Under the pieces are notes generated by a model. The model searched no databases and was not told where the DNA came from. It saw nothing but the letters and a program-made list of their open reading frames with translations. The translations under genes and the position numbers were made by a program. This document shows, piece by piece, positions 35,259 to 35,736 of a stretch of DNA of 35,736 bases. Position 1 is the first letter of the stretch. Every line of letters begins with the position of its first letter. This DNA is from Frankiaceae bacterium. GTDB taxonomy: Bacteria > Actinomycetota > Actinomycetes > JADGOU01. Location of the stretch: assembly GCA_017882835.1 (NCBI GenBank), contig JADGOU010000001.1, forward strand, positions 1-35,736. Direction: 5' to 3'.

Positions 35259-35736
35259 GTGGCCACGGCGCCAGCGGAGTCACCGCCCGCAGCGACCGCA
35301 CCGACGACGGCGACGCCCAGCCCGTCCGATCCCACTCCGGCACCGACTCCCGCAGCTCCGGCGCCAACGGCAGCACCCACGCCGACGCCTGCCGCAACGC
35401 CACCGGTGGACGACGTGGCCGCCGCGGCGGCCCAGGCCAGGGCGTCGGGTAAGCGGGTGGAGGTCGTGTCCAAGGAGACCGGGTCCTCGACGACCTGGGC
35501 CGAGCCGTCCGGGAAACTGACCACGTCGCTGCTCGCGGCACCGGTCCGGGTCCGCCGTGGTACCGGCTGGGTGCCGGTGGACACGACCCTGGTGGCCGGC
35601 ACCGGTCCGGCCGCGGGCAGCACGCTCGCCGGCAGCAGCACCTGGGTGCGCCGGCAGCCCACACACACCGATCGGCGCGGCCGCAGCCGAACCCGGCCGA
35701 CCTCGCCACGGACACCTCGGGCCCGGGCCCACCCCC
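35259..35736 (+). CDS. 5' part of a probable secreted/wall-associated large protein (Pro/Ala/Thr linker then conserved N-domain), open at the window end
   Basis: This frame is not in the track because it has no stop in the window. It reads ATAPAESPPAATAPTTATPSPSDPTPAPTPAAPAPTAAPTPTPAATPPVDDVAAAAAQARASGKRVEVVSKETGSSTTWAEPSGKLTTSLLAAPVRVRRGTGWVPVDTTLV, with high GC3. It resembles the N-terminal region of actinobacterial RHS/LamG/DNRLRE-type secreted proteins. The start is unclear; see findings. Confidence 0.4.
   Translation, partial: MATAPAESPPAATAPTTATPSPSDPTPAPTPAAPAPTAAPTPTPAATPPVDDVAAAAAQARASGKRVEVVSKETGSSTTWAEPSGKLTTSLLAAPVRVRRGTGWVPVDTTLVAGTGPAAGSTLAGSSTWVRRQPTHTDRRGRSRTRPTSPRTPRARAHP

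Noticed and set aside
1-35736. Search for tRNA, rRNA, CRISPR arrays, integrase or other defence modules
   Set aside because: I saw no T-loop/acceptor-like structures, no regularly spaced repeat-spacer arrays (the tandem repeats present have no spacers), and no recombinase or integrase ORF.

Overview
Very GC-rich window, with codon third positions almost all G/C, and gene content typical of a high-GC actinobacterium (Actinomycetota). No rRNA, tRNA or CRISPR array was recognised. It has four parts. (1) nt 1-4880 is an accessory toxin-antitoxin patch. It holds one PIN toxin cut by the window edge, two decayed PIN genes, one intact vapBC-like pair, a small IS110-family transposase fragment, and an intact hipBA module. 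The hipBA module is bracketed by 25-bp direct repeats. (2) nt 4886-20161, minus strand, is a complete division/cell-wall (dcw) cluster: mraZ-rsmH-ftsL-ftsI-murE-murF-mraY-murD-ftsW-murG-murC-murB-ftsQ. Nearly every junction is a GTGA start/stop overlap, and a four-box MraZ-type operator overlaps a sigma-70-like promoter. murB sits inside the cluster. ftsZ does not follow ftsQ; the toxin-antitoxin patch does. (3) nt 20645-27409 holds a small acidic protein, a TetR-family regulator with an 8-copy 18-bp tandem repeat at or just upstream of its 5' end, a divergent MoxR ATPase / DUF58 / transglutaminase operon, and a DUF3040-like membrane protein. (4) nt 27585-34929, minus strand, is a co-directional DNA-damage-tolerance block: DUF6504-like protein, HEPN-like (SAV_6107-type) protein, DnaE2-like C-family polymerase, SAM methyltransferase, catalytic DinB. 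It is headed by a RecA-NDp/PafBC-type promoter motif directly followed by a perfect TCGAAC-N4-GTTCGA LexA box. This block is my best candidate for an under-described system: a damage-inducible C-family polymerase paired with two small uncharacterised proteins where ImuA'/ImuB would normally sit. The window ends in the 5' part of a probable secreted Pro/Ala/Thr-rich protein. Many long ORFs in the supplied track are off-frame or antisense artefacts of the high GC content and were rejected.
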